Positions 39,693-49,090 of a stretch of DNA of 64,000 bases are shown here, one piece after another. The position numbers and the translations under genes are program-made. The stretch's first letter is position 1; every line of letters begins with the position of its first letter. This DNA comes from a virus: IMG/VR virus record IMGVR_UViG_3300030106_005509, positions 72,412-136,411 of that record. One strand, 5' to 3'. The notes beneath the pieces are model-generated. The model did not search any database and was not told the DNA's origin. It saw nothing but the letters and a program-made list of their open reading frames with translations.

Positions 39693-39991
39693 TGTTTTTT
39701 CTTTCTTAGATGAATTTCCATAATGTCATCTTCGTTCATCGACATTTCGTGAATATAATCTCGCTCTTTTATTGGCGAGTAGGCATATTTACCTGTGAGT
39801 TCGTGAACCCAGCTCTCGCCCCTAGTTTCTTGTGGGGCGCATTTTTTATTTACACAGTGAACTTTTACAAGATGAACATCGTCTGTGTCTGATGTTTTGA
39901 GAAAATTCATTAGTGGTCTGTCGCAGTCAGCGCATTTTACAACGATAAATTCAGCTTTTGACTGCTTTACATACTCTTTGAATTCTCTCAT
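39689..39991 (-). CDS. hypothetical Cys-containing protein
   Basis: CADC...C....C. Confidence 0.5.
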   Translation of the reverse strand: MREFKEYVKQSKAEFIVVKCADCDRPLMNFLKTSDTDDVHLVKVHCVNKKCAPQETRGESWVHELTGKYAYSPIKERDYIHEMSMNEDDIMEIHLRKKKQ

Positions 39992-40341
39992 TTTTTACCG
40001 TCTCTTATGTATTTAGCTTTTTGCTTTTTGGTCATTTTATTTATGTCAGACTTACTGGCATCTCCAGACTTTTCCCACCAGTCCTTCTTCTTTTCCTTCT
40101 TCTCGGCATTGTGATAACCCCGTTTGTCATCTAGCTCGTAGCGTCCCATCTTTTTCGTATTTTTTTCGGCAAGCTGTCCAAGAGTTTGAGCTTCACCCTT
40201 TACAAAACCAATAGGAGCCTGATTGATTACTATCTTGATATTAGAACTTCCGCACTCGCAGGGTTCTGGAGCTTCTCCAAATTTATGAAACTGCTCAAAC
40301 TCGCAGCCGCAGTCATTGCATAGATAATCGTATGTGGGCAT
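39988..40341 (-). CDS. FmdB-family zinc-ribbon protein
   Basis: MPTYDYLCNDCG..FE...CECGS. Confidence 0.75.
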   Translation of the reverse strand: MPTYDYLCNDCGCEFEQFHKFGEAPEPCECGSSNIKIVINQAPIGFVKGEAQTLGQLAEKNTKKMGRYELDDKRGYHNAEKKEKKKDWWEKSGDASKSDINKMTKKQKAKYIRDGKK

Positions 40342-40342
40342 T

Positions 40343-41011
40343 TTAATCGTAAAGCGCGTTAAGGATTCTTGAAATTATTTCATTTCTAATAATGTCGTCT
40401 TGCGTAAGTTCTGATATACCAACACCCTCCACATCAGATAGACGATCTAAAAACTCTTCTAAGCCTCCCTGATCTTTCTTTAGAAGGTCGGTTTGATCTA
40501 TGTCTCCATTGATAACGGCTTTAGAGTCCCAACCTATTCTAGTAACAAACATCTTAAGCTGCTCAAAGGTTGCGTTTTGTGCCTCATCTAAAACCACAAA
40601 ACAGTTATGAAAGTTTCTTCCTCTCATATATTCTAAAGGTACAACTTCGATCTTACCTTCATCTCGGTAGGCTTGAACCCTGTTTGTGTTTAATCTAAAC
40701 TCCATCTCTTCCAACACAGGAATTAGATATGGGTGTATCTTCTCTTCAAAGGTTCCCGGTAAGAAGCCCAGACCTCTTCCAGACTCGATAACAGGTCTAG
40801 TGACTACTAACTTTTCTACCCTTTTGTCTAAGAGATAGTCACAGGCTATTCCGACAGCAACTGCTGTTTTGCCAGTTCCTGCTGGGCCTGTACAAAAAGT
40901 TACATCATTTTTTTCTATAGTCTTGATGTATTCTTCTTGGTTTTTAGTTTTTGGTTTCAGTACTTTTCTTCTAGCTGTACGACCTGCTTCGGCCTTTTTT
41001 CTTCTTGCCAT
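40343..41011 (-). CDS. phoH: PhoH-like ATPase
   Basis: GPAGTGKT, LGFLPG, YMRGR, LDEAQN, TRIG, GD..Q.D. Confidence 0.92.
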   Translation of the reverse strand: MARRKKAEAGRTARRKVLKPKTKNQEEYIKTIEKNDVTFCTGPAGTGKTAVAVGIACDYLLDKRVEKLVVTRPVIESGRGLGFLPGTFEEKIHPYLIPVLEEMEFRLNTNRVQAYRDEGKIEVVPLEYMRGRNFHNCFVVLDEAQNATFEQLKMFVTRIGWDSKAVINGDIDQTDLLKKDQGGLEEFLDRLSDVEGVGISELTQDDIIRNEIISRILNALYD

Positions 41012-41013
41012 AT

Positions 41014-41448
41014 TTATTTGCCTGTAGAGCCAAACCCTCCATCACCTCTTTGGGTGGAATCTAATTCTTTTACAACATGTTGTATAAAGGTTGGGACTTC
41101 TTGTATTAAGAGTTGGGCTATTCTATCCCCCTTCTCTATATGATACGTCTCTTGAGTGGTATTATGCAAACAAACTTTTACTTCACCCCTATACTCAGAG
41201 TCTATGACACCAGCATGTCTATGAACACCCTTTACACCCATGGAGGATCTATCCCATATTAATCCAGCATAACCTTTTGGTATTGCAACGGCTATGCCCG
41301 TGGAAACTAATACAGTTGCATCTGAGGGGATGCTTACAGTTTCAAAAGAATACAAATCCCAACCTGCGTCGTTTAGATGACCCTTAGTTGGGACTTGGGA
41401 TGATTCGTGTAGCTGTTTGACTTCAAAAAAGTTGTAATCGTAATTCAC
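41014..41448 (-). CDS. dut: trimeric dUTPase
   Basis: AGWDL, RSS, GVIDSEYRGE, RIAQL, RGDGGFGSTG; GTG start at 41448 coupled to the upstream small ORF. Confidence 0.92.
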   Translation of the reverse strand: MNYDYNFFEVKQLHESSQVPTKGHLNDAGWDLYSFETVSIPSDATVLVSTGIAVAIPKGYAGLIWDRSSMGVKGVHRHAGVIDSEYRGEVKVCLHNTTQETYHIEKGDRIAQLLIQEVPTFIQHVVKELDSTQRGDGGFGSTGK

Positions 41449-41588
41449 TTTTCTTCCTTCTTTTCGTATTCCCAAATCAAATTCGATAGAGTGCTTCTGG
41501 TAATTTTGTTACCAGTTTCTACTTCTTCGTTGAGTTTCTTAGCGATCCATCTGAGCATGTCATTGTCTATTGTGATACTTCTGAGCAT
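41445..41588 (-). CDS. small hypothetical protein (47 aa)
   Basis: Translated by hand: MLRSITIDNDMLRWIAKKLNEEVETGNKITRSTLSNLIWEYEKKEEK; TAATG and GTGA couplings at the two ends. Confidence 0.6.
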   Translation of the reverse strand: MLRSITIDNDMLRWIAKKLNEEVETGNKITRSTLSNLIWEYEKKEEK

Positions 41589-43789
41589 TAGATGATATCG
41601 CACTTTCCTCCGGCGCAAGCCCATTCCTGCTCGGGCTTAACATTGTTTTCTTCTTCTATGACTTCAGTATAGTCAACTTTTGAGAATTCTCTGTTAAGAT
41701 CCACCCACTCTTTCCAGTTATAAACATCTTTCATGCAGTAGGTGAGTTTTCTAAGATCTCCTTCAAAGTATCTCTCAGCAAACTTTTTGCATCTATCAGA
41801 CCATTCTTTTTTGCCATTGCCTTTTATCTTGGCTCCAACACCAAGAAGGGAATCGCAAGCTGCCCATAGATTGTCTTCCCATAAATTTAACGCAACTTCT
41901 ATAAGTCCGCTAACAAAGAGTGAGGCATCTCCATAGTGACGAACCTGTTCTGTTGGCAAGTAAATAGCAGTGAATGGGGCTTGCGGGTAGTCTTTGTCTC
42001 CTGTAATCGGAAGGAGAGATATTCCGCAAAAATACTTTCTATTTTTATAAATGAACCTTTCTACTTCTTGCCACTCTTCTGGTTTTACATTGATCGTATT
42101 AGACACGTTATGTACAAGCCAAGGTTGAGTACATAGGCTCTTGTTAGTGCCGGGAATTACCCAGCTTTGCTGTGTGCTTTTTACATGTGTTAGTAAGTCT
42201 ATAGCGCCAACTTGATTCTTAGTTTTAGATCCCGCAGGAACTTCTACACAAAAAGCTACCACATCATCGCTATCGTTATTCGACCACACAGACTCTTCAC
42301 ATGCTCTTGGATTTATATCTCTGAAGTAGTTGTAAATGGGTTCCATTTTATTCGCCTGAACCCTTCGTATATAACGCTTAGCATGATGCGGATGGATACC
42401 AGAGGAAGTACCAAGAACACAACTGCTAGTACCTTCAGGCTTAATACAAGTAGTTCTAGCGGCTTGATTGATTCCAATGATCTTGGTGATTCGTTTGTTT
42501 TCATCTTTGACTACCTTAGCTCCCTTCTTTTGTATGTCAGGGTTTAGGCATATTTCATGTTGTTCCATGATGCCTGTCATAGACACTCCGAGTAAAGCCT
42601 CTCGCGAAACAATGTTTTCACTAGCTTTACCTAAATATGGAAAGGATGCAAACCCAGCTTGAAGCGAACCTATGATCGAAGCTGCTTTACAAGCTTCAAG
42701 AAAGTCTTCTTCGGATTTTATCTTTGCACAATTTATTGTACTTAGATTGCAAGCCTGCCAGCCGCTTTCGCCGGTTGTTTCATCTACAGGCCACATTCCA
42801 ATCTCAACACATGGATTAACTATTAACTCGGTAGAGTCAGACCATACAAAACCGGGTTCTCCAAACTCTTGTACTGACTTCATAAGTTCTGAGAACTGCT
42901 CGGCTGTTGTTTCATCTCTCAACAATAAAGCTGAATTATTAGATCTTCCTCTTTGCGGATTTTCTACAAACCAAGAGCCAGTTTTAGCTTTTGCCATCTC
43001 TTCGTCATCTGGACTAAACAGACAGATGGTAGCACTTCTACGCACACCTCCTGAAATGACTGCATCAGCACTATGCATGACTATATCATAAGCTTGAATT
43101 GGTGATAGTTTTCTAATAGGGCCGTTAGCAAACTCCAACTCTTTCAAAGCTTTATCTAGTATTTTTCTAATATTAGAGAGTGCGTTTTTCAGTGGTTCTG
43201 GGCCGGGAGCTTTGCCACCGCTAGAATTTAAAAATGCTCCAGCGGGTCTAATTTCAGAGTAGTCAAAGTTTACATTCTTACCAGTGTACTCTGGAAATAG
43301 TTCATCCTGCTCAAAATAACTAGACACCAAAACACCGACAGCATCTGACCAGCCCTCAATAGTGTCAGGAATAACAAACTTTTTAGTACCGCTCTTACTT
43401 TTTACTATCTTCGGTAGTTCGTCCACATGGTGTTTTTGTACAGAAAAACCTGTGCCGCAACCGCACAGTAAAAGATACATACATTCTTGAAAGAACTTCA
43501 GTCTGTCACAAAAAGAGGTGATGCAATTATAGATTCTTGCATTGTGTTTGAAGATTGGCTTACCGCCAAATTGTAAAGCTCTTTGAGATCCGAGGACTTT
43601 TTTCTTCCTCATCATTTCATAAGCCCATTCTATGTCGTCAAGAACGTCTGGCTTGTCAGAATACTTTTCAAGCATCATGTTTTTAACACGACTTACTGCT
43701 TCTTCCCAAGTCTCCCTTCTTTTTTTCTCTGGTATCCAACGGGCATATTTTGAAACAAAAGTATAGTCAGACAGTTCTCTTACTGACAT
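41588..43789 (-). CDS. nrdJ: class II (adenosylcobalamin-dependent) ribonucleotide reductase
   Basis: YNC, GGVRRSA, NPCVEI, CNL, TCIKPEGT, C-terminal CAGGKC; AGGAGA RBS. Confidence 0.88.
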   Translation of the reverse strand: MSVRELSDYTFVSKYARWIPEKKRRETWEEAVSRVKNMMLEKYSDKPDVLDDIEWAYEMMRKKKVLGSQRALQFGGKPIFKHNARIYNCITSFCDRLKFFQECMYLLLCGCGTGFSVQKHHVDELPKIVKSKSGTKKFVIPDTIEGWSDAVGVLVSSYFEQDELFPEYTGKNVNFDYSEIRPAGAFLNSSGGKAPGPEPLKNALSNIRKILDKALKELEFANGPIRKLSPIQAYDIVMHSADAVISGGVRRSATICLFSPDDEEMAKAKTGSWFVENPQRGRSNNSALLLRDETTAEQFSELMKSVQEFGEPGFVWSDSTELIVNPCVEIGMWPVDETTGESGWQACNLSTINCAKIKSEEDFLEACKAASIIGSLQAGFASFPYLGKASENIVSREALLGVSMTGIMEQHEICLNPDIQKKGAKVVKDENKRITKIIGINQAARTTCIKPEGTSSCVLGTSSGIHPHHAKRYIRRVQANKMEPIYNYFRDINPRACEESVWSNNDSDDVVAFCVEVPAGSKTKNQVGAIDLLTHVKSTQQSWVIPGTNKSLCTQPWLVHNVSNTINVKPEEWQEVERFIYKNRKYFCGISLLPITGDKDYPQAPFTAIYLPTEQVRHYGDASLFVSGLIEVALNLWEDNLWAACDSLLGVGAKIKGNGKKEWSDRCKKFAERYFEGDLRKLTYCMKDVYNWKEWVDLNREFSKVDYTEVIEEENNVKPEQEWACAGGKCDII

Positions 43790-43803
43790 CGTTATCTCCT
43801 AAA

Positions 43804-43899
43804 AAAGTGACACTGGTAAACCTAAGTGGTTGGTGAAGGAAAAAAACAAGATTAAACTTAGCACTTAGGGCTAATTGCTTGTCGAGGAAGTGTCACTTT
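43804..43899 (-). ncRNA. candidate structured cis-regulatory 5' leader of nrdJ
   Basis: Perfect 11-bp inverted repeat (43804-43814 / 43889-43899) enclosing a perfect 8-bp one (43821-43828 / 43862-43869), ending just upstream of the RBS. Confidence 0.55.
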
Positions 43900-43939
43900 A
43901 GTCCAGTCTGTATGCTAACTCTTTAAACCCCGACAGAGT

Positions 43940-43948
43940 ATTATACAC
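43940..43948 (-). promoter_or_regulatory. GTGTATAAT promoter motif upstream of nrdJ
   Basis: Intergenic; identical 9-mer at 52520, 55233 and 62829. Confidence 0.6.
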
Positions 43949-43996
43949 TATATGTAAAAAGGTTGTTAGTTTTTAATTTATCTACTATTTGCTCGT

Positions 43997-44467
43997 TTAA
44001 GTAAGACCTAGTTCTATCCAGTCTAACCTCAAACCACTGTCAAACAATAGGTTTTGTATCATTTTGTCTTCTTCTGAATGGCCGAAAGCCTGTTGGCCTG
44101 ATAATATTTTCCAGTGCCTTATATTATTTTGCCACAGAAGTTTCGCACATCTGCAACAAGGGACATGCGTAACGTAAGCCACAATATTTTTTTTGGGCTT
44201 TATTATCATATTGCTAATTGCGTTTTGTTCTGCGTGAACCATGTATGGGTATTTATCGGGTCTTGTTGTTGGAAGCTCGGAGTCGTCAATGTCAGAACAA
44301 AATCCGTTATATCCAGCACTAATAACTCTCTTCTTGTGAACAAGGACGCATCCGACCTGAGTTTGAGAGTCAGGACTCCTAGTTCCTGTCAGTATGGCAA
44401 ACTGCATGAAATACTCATCCCAGCTTGGGCGAGTTCTTTTCTGTTGAAGTTCTTTCTCTTCTTTCAC
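43997..44467 (-). CDS. dCMP deaminase
   Basis: WDEYFM, RS.D...VG, GYNG, HAEQNA, PC..C. Confidence 0.88.
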   Translation of the reverse strand: MKEEKELQQKRTRPSWDEYFMQFAILTGTRSPDSQTQVGCVLVHKKRVISAGYNGFCSDIDDSELPTTRPDKYPYMVHAEQNAISNMIIKPKKNIVAYVTHVPCCRCAKLLWQNNIRHWKILSGQQAFGHSEEDKMIQNLLFDSGLRLDWIELGLT

Positions 44468-44679
44468 GCTTCAGTTTTTTCTTTTGCTTTTTTGTCTTTT
44501 TTCTTATCGTCTTGCCCATTTAAATAATCTGGATGAATCCAAATCCAGCCTTTGTCGTGGGCGTAAGCTACCATTTTACGAGAACGCTGATCCTCTGGCA
44601 ATAACCACGCCCATAAACCATTGGGAGTTTTCAGCTTTTCTACATTATTTTCTGATGCTAGTTTGTCATTGAACTTCAT
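44464..44679 (-). CDS. hypothetical protein
   Basis: ATGA-coupled at both ends. Confidence 0.5.
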   Translation of the reverse strand: MKFNDKLASENNVEKLKTPNGLWAWLLPEDQRSRKMVAYAHDKGWIWIHPDYLNGQDDKKKDKKAKEKTEA

Positions 44680-45647
44680 CCTAAAACCTCCAGTCCGTGA
44701 ATAGCATGTCGCATATCTTCCTCTAGTTGTATTTCTTTAATAAATTCACAAGTGTTTAAATCGTAAACCAGTATCCTCGCTGGTGAAGAACCTATAAACA
44801 CAAGATTGTCTTTGCGTGCTAGACCTCTATTCCAGTTGTTTACTGCTATGTCATCAACACAAAACTTAACATTCTTAGATGGCGGTATAGGAGCTATGTC
44901 AAAATGCACACCGCCAAGTTGTTTGGTTGCTATACCAAGACAGCTAAAGCTAGTAAGATTAGCCATGAATACATCTTCATACTCATAAAGATTATGTATG
45001 AAGCTGGCTGATTTAATTACGTTTACCCCAGCTGGAACAAGACTCGCTTCGGTAAGAGCGCCGCCAGATATGTACGGCATTGGTAACACTGTAGACATGT
45101 CATTAAAATCATACAAACCAGTTAATAGGCCAGAGACCATAAGCTTTCCGTCGTGATGACAAATTGAGTTTATATGATAGTGATCGTCATATGTTTTTTG
45201 TTCAGGTGTAATTCTTTGTTTTGAGTCTAGAACTTTATGATGTTCTTCATTGTGTCCATTGATTTGCCAAAATCCGGTCAGGTTATAGTTCATATCAAAA
45301 CTAGCAATGGCATCATGAGCGGTGGAAGTAGCCCAGATCGAGTCAGAGAAAAAGCATATCTCATGAACAGACTTGAGGACATCTTGATTTTTATGGGTCT
45401 TTCTGACAGAGAAATCTTTTTTGTCTAATTCAATAAAACCGCTAGAGTCAGAAACAATAATACGATCATCGAGTACAGCAATGCCACGAAGACCTCTTTC
45501 TCCTCCACGTTCATTGTCATTAATAAAATCTTCTTGATAAGGTGCATAATGTACGACCTCTTCTGAGTCTATGTCTACAACATACAGACCTCCATGTATG
45601 TCGCCTTGCTTAGCAGCTCTTACTACAGTTGTGCAGATTATTTTCAT
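44676..45647 (-). CDS. beta-propeller-like hypothetical protein
   Basis: Repeated beta motifs: RGIA, HINS, HN, RGLA....F.G.S. Confidence 0.5.
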   Translation of the reverse strand: MKIICTTVVRAAKQGDIHGGLYVVDIDSEEVVHYAPYQEDFINDNERGGERGLRGIAVLDDRIIVSDSSGFIELDKKDFSVRKTHKNQDVLKSVHEICFFSDSIWATSTAHDAIASFDMNYNLTGFWQINGHNEEHHKVLDSKQRITPEQKTYDDHYHINSICHHDGKLMVSGLLTGLYDFNDMSTVLPMPYISGGALTEASLVPAGVNVIKSASFIHNLYEYEDVFMANLTSFSCLGIATKQLGGVHFDIAPIPPSKNVKFCVDDIAVNNWNRGLARKDNLVFIGSSPARILVYDLNTCEFIKEIQLEEDMRHAIHGLEVLG

Positions 45648-46496
45648 TTAACTAAAATGTGTTGTAAAGTTAGTATAGGGTTTTGATACGTGTTTAAAAT
45701 TGTACTTGTTATATTGTATTGTTAAGCCTTCTACATATCTATGGTTTATGCCTAAGTCTGTAGTGTCAAAGTTTGTTTTATCAGATATCTTGTCGCATGA
45801 GTTTGAGACAACGACACTGTACTCAGGACAGGACATGTGTAAAGGCATATCGTTTAACATGCCAGCGTAAAGGTTCGTTTGTAGAACTAATTCAAAATCT
45901 TCTTCGTCTACAATTTTCGATCTAGATAGCGCCCCTTCAATGACATCCTTTTTATAGATATGACCATTAAGAGAAAACGGCATAGCAAAATTAGTGAAGC
46001 TTCTCAATGACGAAGCGTTCCAAACAAGAAATCTATCAAGCTCGAAGCTACCCTCTGAAGGTTTGTCAATGTGGTAATTTCCGGGTTCGTAGGGGTTTTG
46101 CAATACGGTATTGTTTCCAAGTCTCAGAGATAAAGAACATAAATCATTCTCTTCAAAAAGTTTAGTTATTTTTTTATATGAAGAGACCCTGTCAAAAAGA
46201 ATGTTATCATCTTTGAAAAGAGCTACTAAGCCGGTTGACTTCTTGGTTATTTTTAGGATGTCCTTGCTTAGGTTTTTCTTTTTTCTTTTCTTCCATATGA
46301 TTGGAAACAAGTAACTTCTCTTTGTCTTACTGTGAAAATGCTCAATAGCCTTTCTGTAACCCTCTTGAAAGTAATCGCTGGAAGCTTTGTAAAGAACTGT
46401 TATTCTAAAAAGATTACCTCCGTTTAGATGTATGCTATCCAGTAATAGATGCAACTGAGCTGGCCTGTCATTTGAGACGATTATAGTTTCTATCAT
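45648..46496 (-). CDS. GT-A-like protein (paralog of 55857..56696)
   Basis: S.DR..QL.LLL.SI, GY, DD, SLRLG.NT, P.SL.GH. Confidence 0.55.
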   Translation of the reverse strand: MIETIIVSNDRPAQLHLLLDSIHLNGGNLFRITVLYKASSDYFQEGYRKAIEHFHSKTKRSYLFPIIWKKRKKKNLSKDILKITKKSTGLVALFKDDNILFDRVSSYKKITKLFEENDLCSLSLRLGNNTVLQNPYEPGNYHIDKPSEGSFELDRFLVWNASSLRSFTNFAMPFSLNGHIYKKDVIEGALSRSKIVDEEDFELVLQTNLYAGMLNDMPLHMSCPEYSVVVSNSCDKISDKTNFDTTDLGINHRYVEGLTIQYNKYNFKHVSKPYTNFTTHFS

Positions 46497-47488
46497 CTTA
46501 AAGCTCTCAGGCTGGGAGGCAGCTCATCTGGAGCATATTGTGATGGGGACTGCATTGATTTGTAGAACCAGTCTAGCGTTTTGTCTATACCGTCCTTTAG
46601 CTTGGTCTGTGGTTCAAATGATAAGAGCTGTCTAGCTCCAGTTATATCTAAGCATCTTCTTTCAACCCCTTTAGCTTTTGTTTCATTCCACTCAATTTTT
46701 CCCATGTAATTAGCTGAGTCACAAACCGTACTTACAAGGTCTTTTATAGTGGTCTCTTCGCCGCTTCCGATATTTAATATGCTTGCATCGACATCGTTTT
46801 CTAACGCTAGGACAACAGCTTTAGCACAATCTTCTACGTATATGAAATCTCTAGTTGATTTAGAAGAGCCGTCAACATTGAAGTCTTTCAGGTCGTTTTC
46901 TAACGCAAACCTTACATTGGTGAGAAGGGCGGGTATGATTTTGCCCGCATGAGGATCGAACTCATCTTCTGGCCCATATATGTCAGAGAATATTAGACTC
47001 AGCGTGTTCATGCCAAACTGTCTTTTATAGGCAACAAGCATGTCGGCTATCGTTTTTTTAGCTATAGAGTAATGTCCTTTTGAGAAATGGGGATAGCCTT
47101 CCCAGAAATCAGTTTCTCTAAACGGCATTGGACATCTAGCAGGGTAGCAGGAGATGTCACAAGCGTTGACTATTTTCTTAACGTCATATTGTCTAGCTTC
47201 CTCAATTATCTTTATGCTCATGTTCAAATTTTCATACATGAGTCCGCCAGAATATCTGAAGTTAGCGCCCATACCTCCATGCCTACAGGCTAGATGAACG
47301 ACATAATCTGGTTTTGTGTAGTCAAATAACCAACCAACATTGGCTTCTTCACCAAGGTCAAGCCCGTCAGTTACTCCAGACGCAGTAAATACATTTGAGT
47401 AGTCCTGCCGTCTTAGTTCTCTCTCTACATAGCGACCTAGAAATCCTTTGCCGCCAGTTATTAGAATCCTGCTGTTTTTATTTATCAC
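46493..47488 (-). CDS. fcl: GDP-L-fucose synthase-like SDR (divergent)
   Basis: TGGKGFLG, GG.GAN, ENL, YSIAK, YGP.D.F, RDFIYVED; some catalytic positions altered. Confidence 0.7.
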   Translation of the reverse strand: MINKNSRILITGGKGFLGRYVERELRRQDYSNVFTASGVTDGLDLGEEANVGWLFDYTKPDYVVHLACRHGGMGANFRYSGGLMYENLNMSIKIIEEARQYDVKKIVNACDISCYPARCPMPFRETDFWEGYPHFSKGHYSIAKKTIADMLVAYKRQFGMNTLSLIFSDIYGPEDEFDPHAGKIIPALLTNVRFALENDLKDFNVDGSSKSTRDFIYVEDCAKAVVLALENDVDASILNIGSGEETTIKDLVSTVCDSANYMGKIEWNETKAKGVERRCLDITGARQLLSFEPQTKLKDGIDKTLDWFYKSMQSPSQYAPDELPPSLRALR

Positions 47489-47489
47489 T

Positions 47490-47789
47490 TTAGAGGTCTT
47501 CTAGAAATTTAACCAGATCTTCCGCAGGCATGTTGTTTTCTTTCTTAACAACATTATGATCTTCATCCATTATCACAACTGTTGGATATCGTTCTATATC
47601 AAACTCTGTGACAAATTTTCTGTTCTGAGGCTTGTTGCAAACCACAAAAGCAGGCTTGCTCTTATGATATGGTTCTACAGCTTCAATTACTTTTTCATCA
47701 GCCCAAGTATGTTTCTTCATGTGTTCACAGTGAGGACACCAATCTGTCATGAATACTACTACTTGATGTTTACTTTTTTTCTTGCCCAT
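47490..47789 (-). CDS. thioredoxin-fold protein
   Basis: WCPHC active site; YPT.V. Confidence 0.8.
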   Translation of the reverse strand: MGKKKSKHQVVVFMTDWCPHCEHMKKHTWADEKVIEAVEPYHKSKPAFVVCNKPQNRKFVTEFDIERYPTVVIMDEDHNVVKKENNMPAEDLVKFLEDL

Positions 47790-47804
47790 CTTTTAAGTCC
47801 AAAT

Positions 47805-47837
47805 AAAAAAGCCTTGCCCCCTTTCGGGGGCTTGGCT
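47805..47837 (-). terminator. rho-independent terminator
   Basis: GCCAAGCCCCC-GAAA-GGGGGCAAGGC followed by UUUUUU on the minus strand. Confidence 0.85.
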
Positions 47838-47845
47838 AGTCTAAG

Positions 47846-48031
47846 TTATTCTTTAGCTGCTGTGTCAGTAACACGCAAGGAATCACCAAGAATCCAAGCA
47901 ACAGCAAGAGCAACGATTCTGTTTGTTGTGTCTGGGTCTAACCCAAGAGTTTCTTGAGCAGCTACTACAACAACACCACCGATGGCGGTCCAGAAACGTC
48001 TACTCTTTAAAAGAGCTTTAACTTTTTCCAT
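47846..48031 (-). CDS. small two-TM membrane protein, holin-like
   Basis: LKSRRFW followed by two hydrophobic helices; AGGAG RBS. Confidence 0.55.
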   Translation of the reverse strand: MEKVKALLKSRRFWTAIGGVVVVAAQETLGLDPDTTNRIVALAVAWILGDSLRVTDTAAKE

Positions 48032-48046
48032 GACTATACTCCTAGT

Positions 48047-48310
48047 CTAAAAGAAAGATTTGACCTTATCAATTATACCACTGCCGCCGCCTAAACCGCC
48101 ACTTGAAATAACAAAATAAGCAACTAAACCTATACCAATTAAGAATACCAACCATTTTCTTTTCTGTGCGACTGCAAGAGCCTTAGAGCTGACCTCTTTA
48201 ATCTTCTGAAGTTTATAATTTCGCTTATCATCTTTCTTATCAGACCTAAGCTTATTCTTGAGTTCTCTCTTGTCATGCTTAGATAGATTCTTATTTTCTT
48301 CGCTAGCCAT
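48047..48310 (-). CDS. Lys-rich single-TM membrane protein
   Basis: Basic N-terminus, then WLVFLIGIGLVAYFVI. Confidence 0.55.
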   Translation of the reverse strand: MASEENKNLSKHDKRELKNKLRSDKKDDKRNYKLQKIKEVSSKALAVAQKRKWLVFLIGIGLVAYFVISSGGLGGGSGIIDKVKSFF

Positions 48311-48473
48311 TTTTTACCTTACCTTTATAGATTAAAACAACTCCGTCCTTCTTATAAGGTCCGGTTCTTGAGTATAGAAATACTTCTCCAGTTTTTGGAT
48401 TTTCATATTCATACTTTACAGTGCTTTTAGTTTCTAGCCGTAAAGCTTCTATATATTTATTATTTTTAAACAT
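48303..48473 (-). CDS. small hypothetical protein (56 aa)
   Basis: Translated by hand: MFKNNKYIEALRLETKSTVKYEYENPKTGEVFLYSRTGPYKKDGVVLIYKGKVKNG; TAATG-coupled. Confidence 0.65.
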   Translation of the reverse strand: MFKNNKYIEALRLETKSTVKYEYENPKTGEVFLYSRTGPYKKDGVVLIYKGKVKNG

Positions 48474-49090
48474 TACCACGCTTTACAAGACCAATATCTT
48501 GCCTTCCATCTAGGGCCGGGATTATCGCAATTATGTCTAGCTCTAAAACTCTTGCGTCTTTCCGGGTCATTTTTCTTGATCTTCATGTTAGGATCACCGA
48601 AGTTTACCTTCACAACATTACCCTTTTCGTTTTTAACATAGACAGATCGTTTCTTTGGCCCATCTGGTGTTAAAAATGGTTTGCCTAGTTTTACTTTTCT
48701 ACCTTGATATTCTGCGGCATCAGACTTTTTGTCCTTACGAAGAAGCTCAAAGTCTTCTTTACTGACTTTGCCATCTTTATTTTTATCAAGCGCGTCTTTT
48801 TGCTCCTTAGACATTTTTTCTTGAGCTTTTTTCCAAGACTTTGGATCTGGTCTATCTGGATCTCCGGGTTTTGCAGGCTTATACTTCTTGCCTTCTTTCT
48901 GTTTCTTTTTTCTAATATTTTCCCAGAGTCCCGGCCTATCAGCCGCAACATCCCATTCCTCAACTTCTTCTCCGAAATCCACATAATCCTCTTCTTCAGG
49001 AAACACAAAGTTTTCCGCTGTGATTTCTTCTTCAAAGCCGCCAGAGGCATAATCTTCCATAGCTTCTGTGTACTTGTTTTCTTTAAACAT
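48473..49090 (-). CDS. conserved phage protein with an EF-hand-like motif and a basic C-terminal domain (probable virion/head protein)
   Basis: GLWENI, DKNKDGKVSKEDF, AEYQGRKV.L.KP...FGDP...RRKSFRARH.C...YWSC..W, a domain I recall from marine myoviruses. Confidence 0.6.
   Translation of the reverse strand: MFKENKYTEAMEDYASGGFEEEITAENFVFPEEEDYVDFGEEVEEWDVAADRPGLWENIRKKKQKEGKKYKPAKPGDPDRPDPKSWKKAQEKMSKEQKDALDKNKDGKVSKEDFELLRKDKKSDAAEYQGRKVKLGKPFLTPDGPKKRSVYVKNEKGNVVKVNFGDPNMKIKKNDPERRKSFRARHNCDNPGPRWKARYWSCKAW

Noticed and set aside
43790-43996. Canonical cobalamin riboswitch upstream of nrdJ
   Set aside because: No recognisable B12 box or other consensus elements; reported as an unknown structured leader instead.
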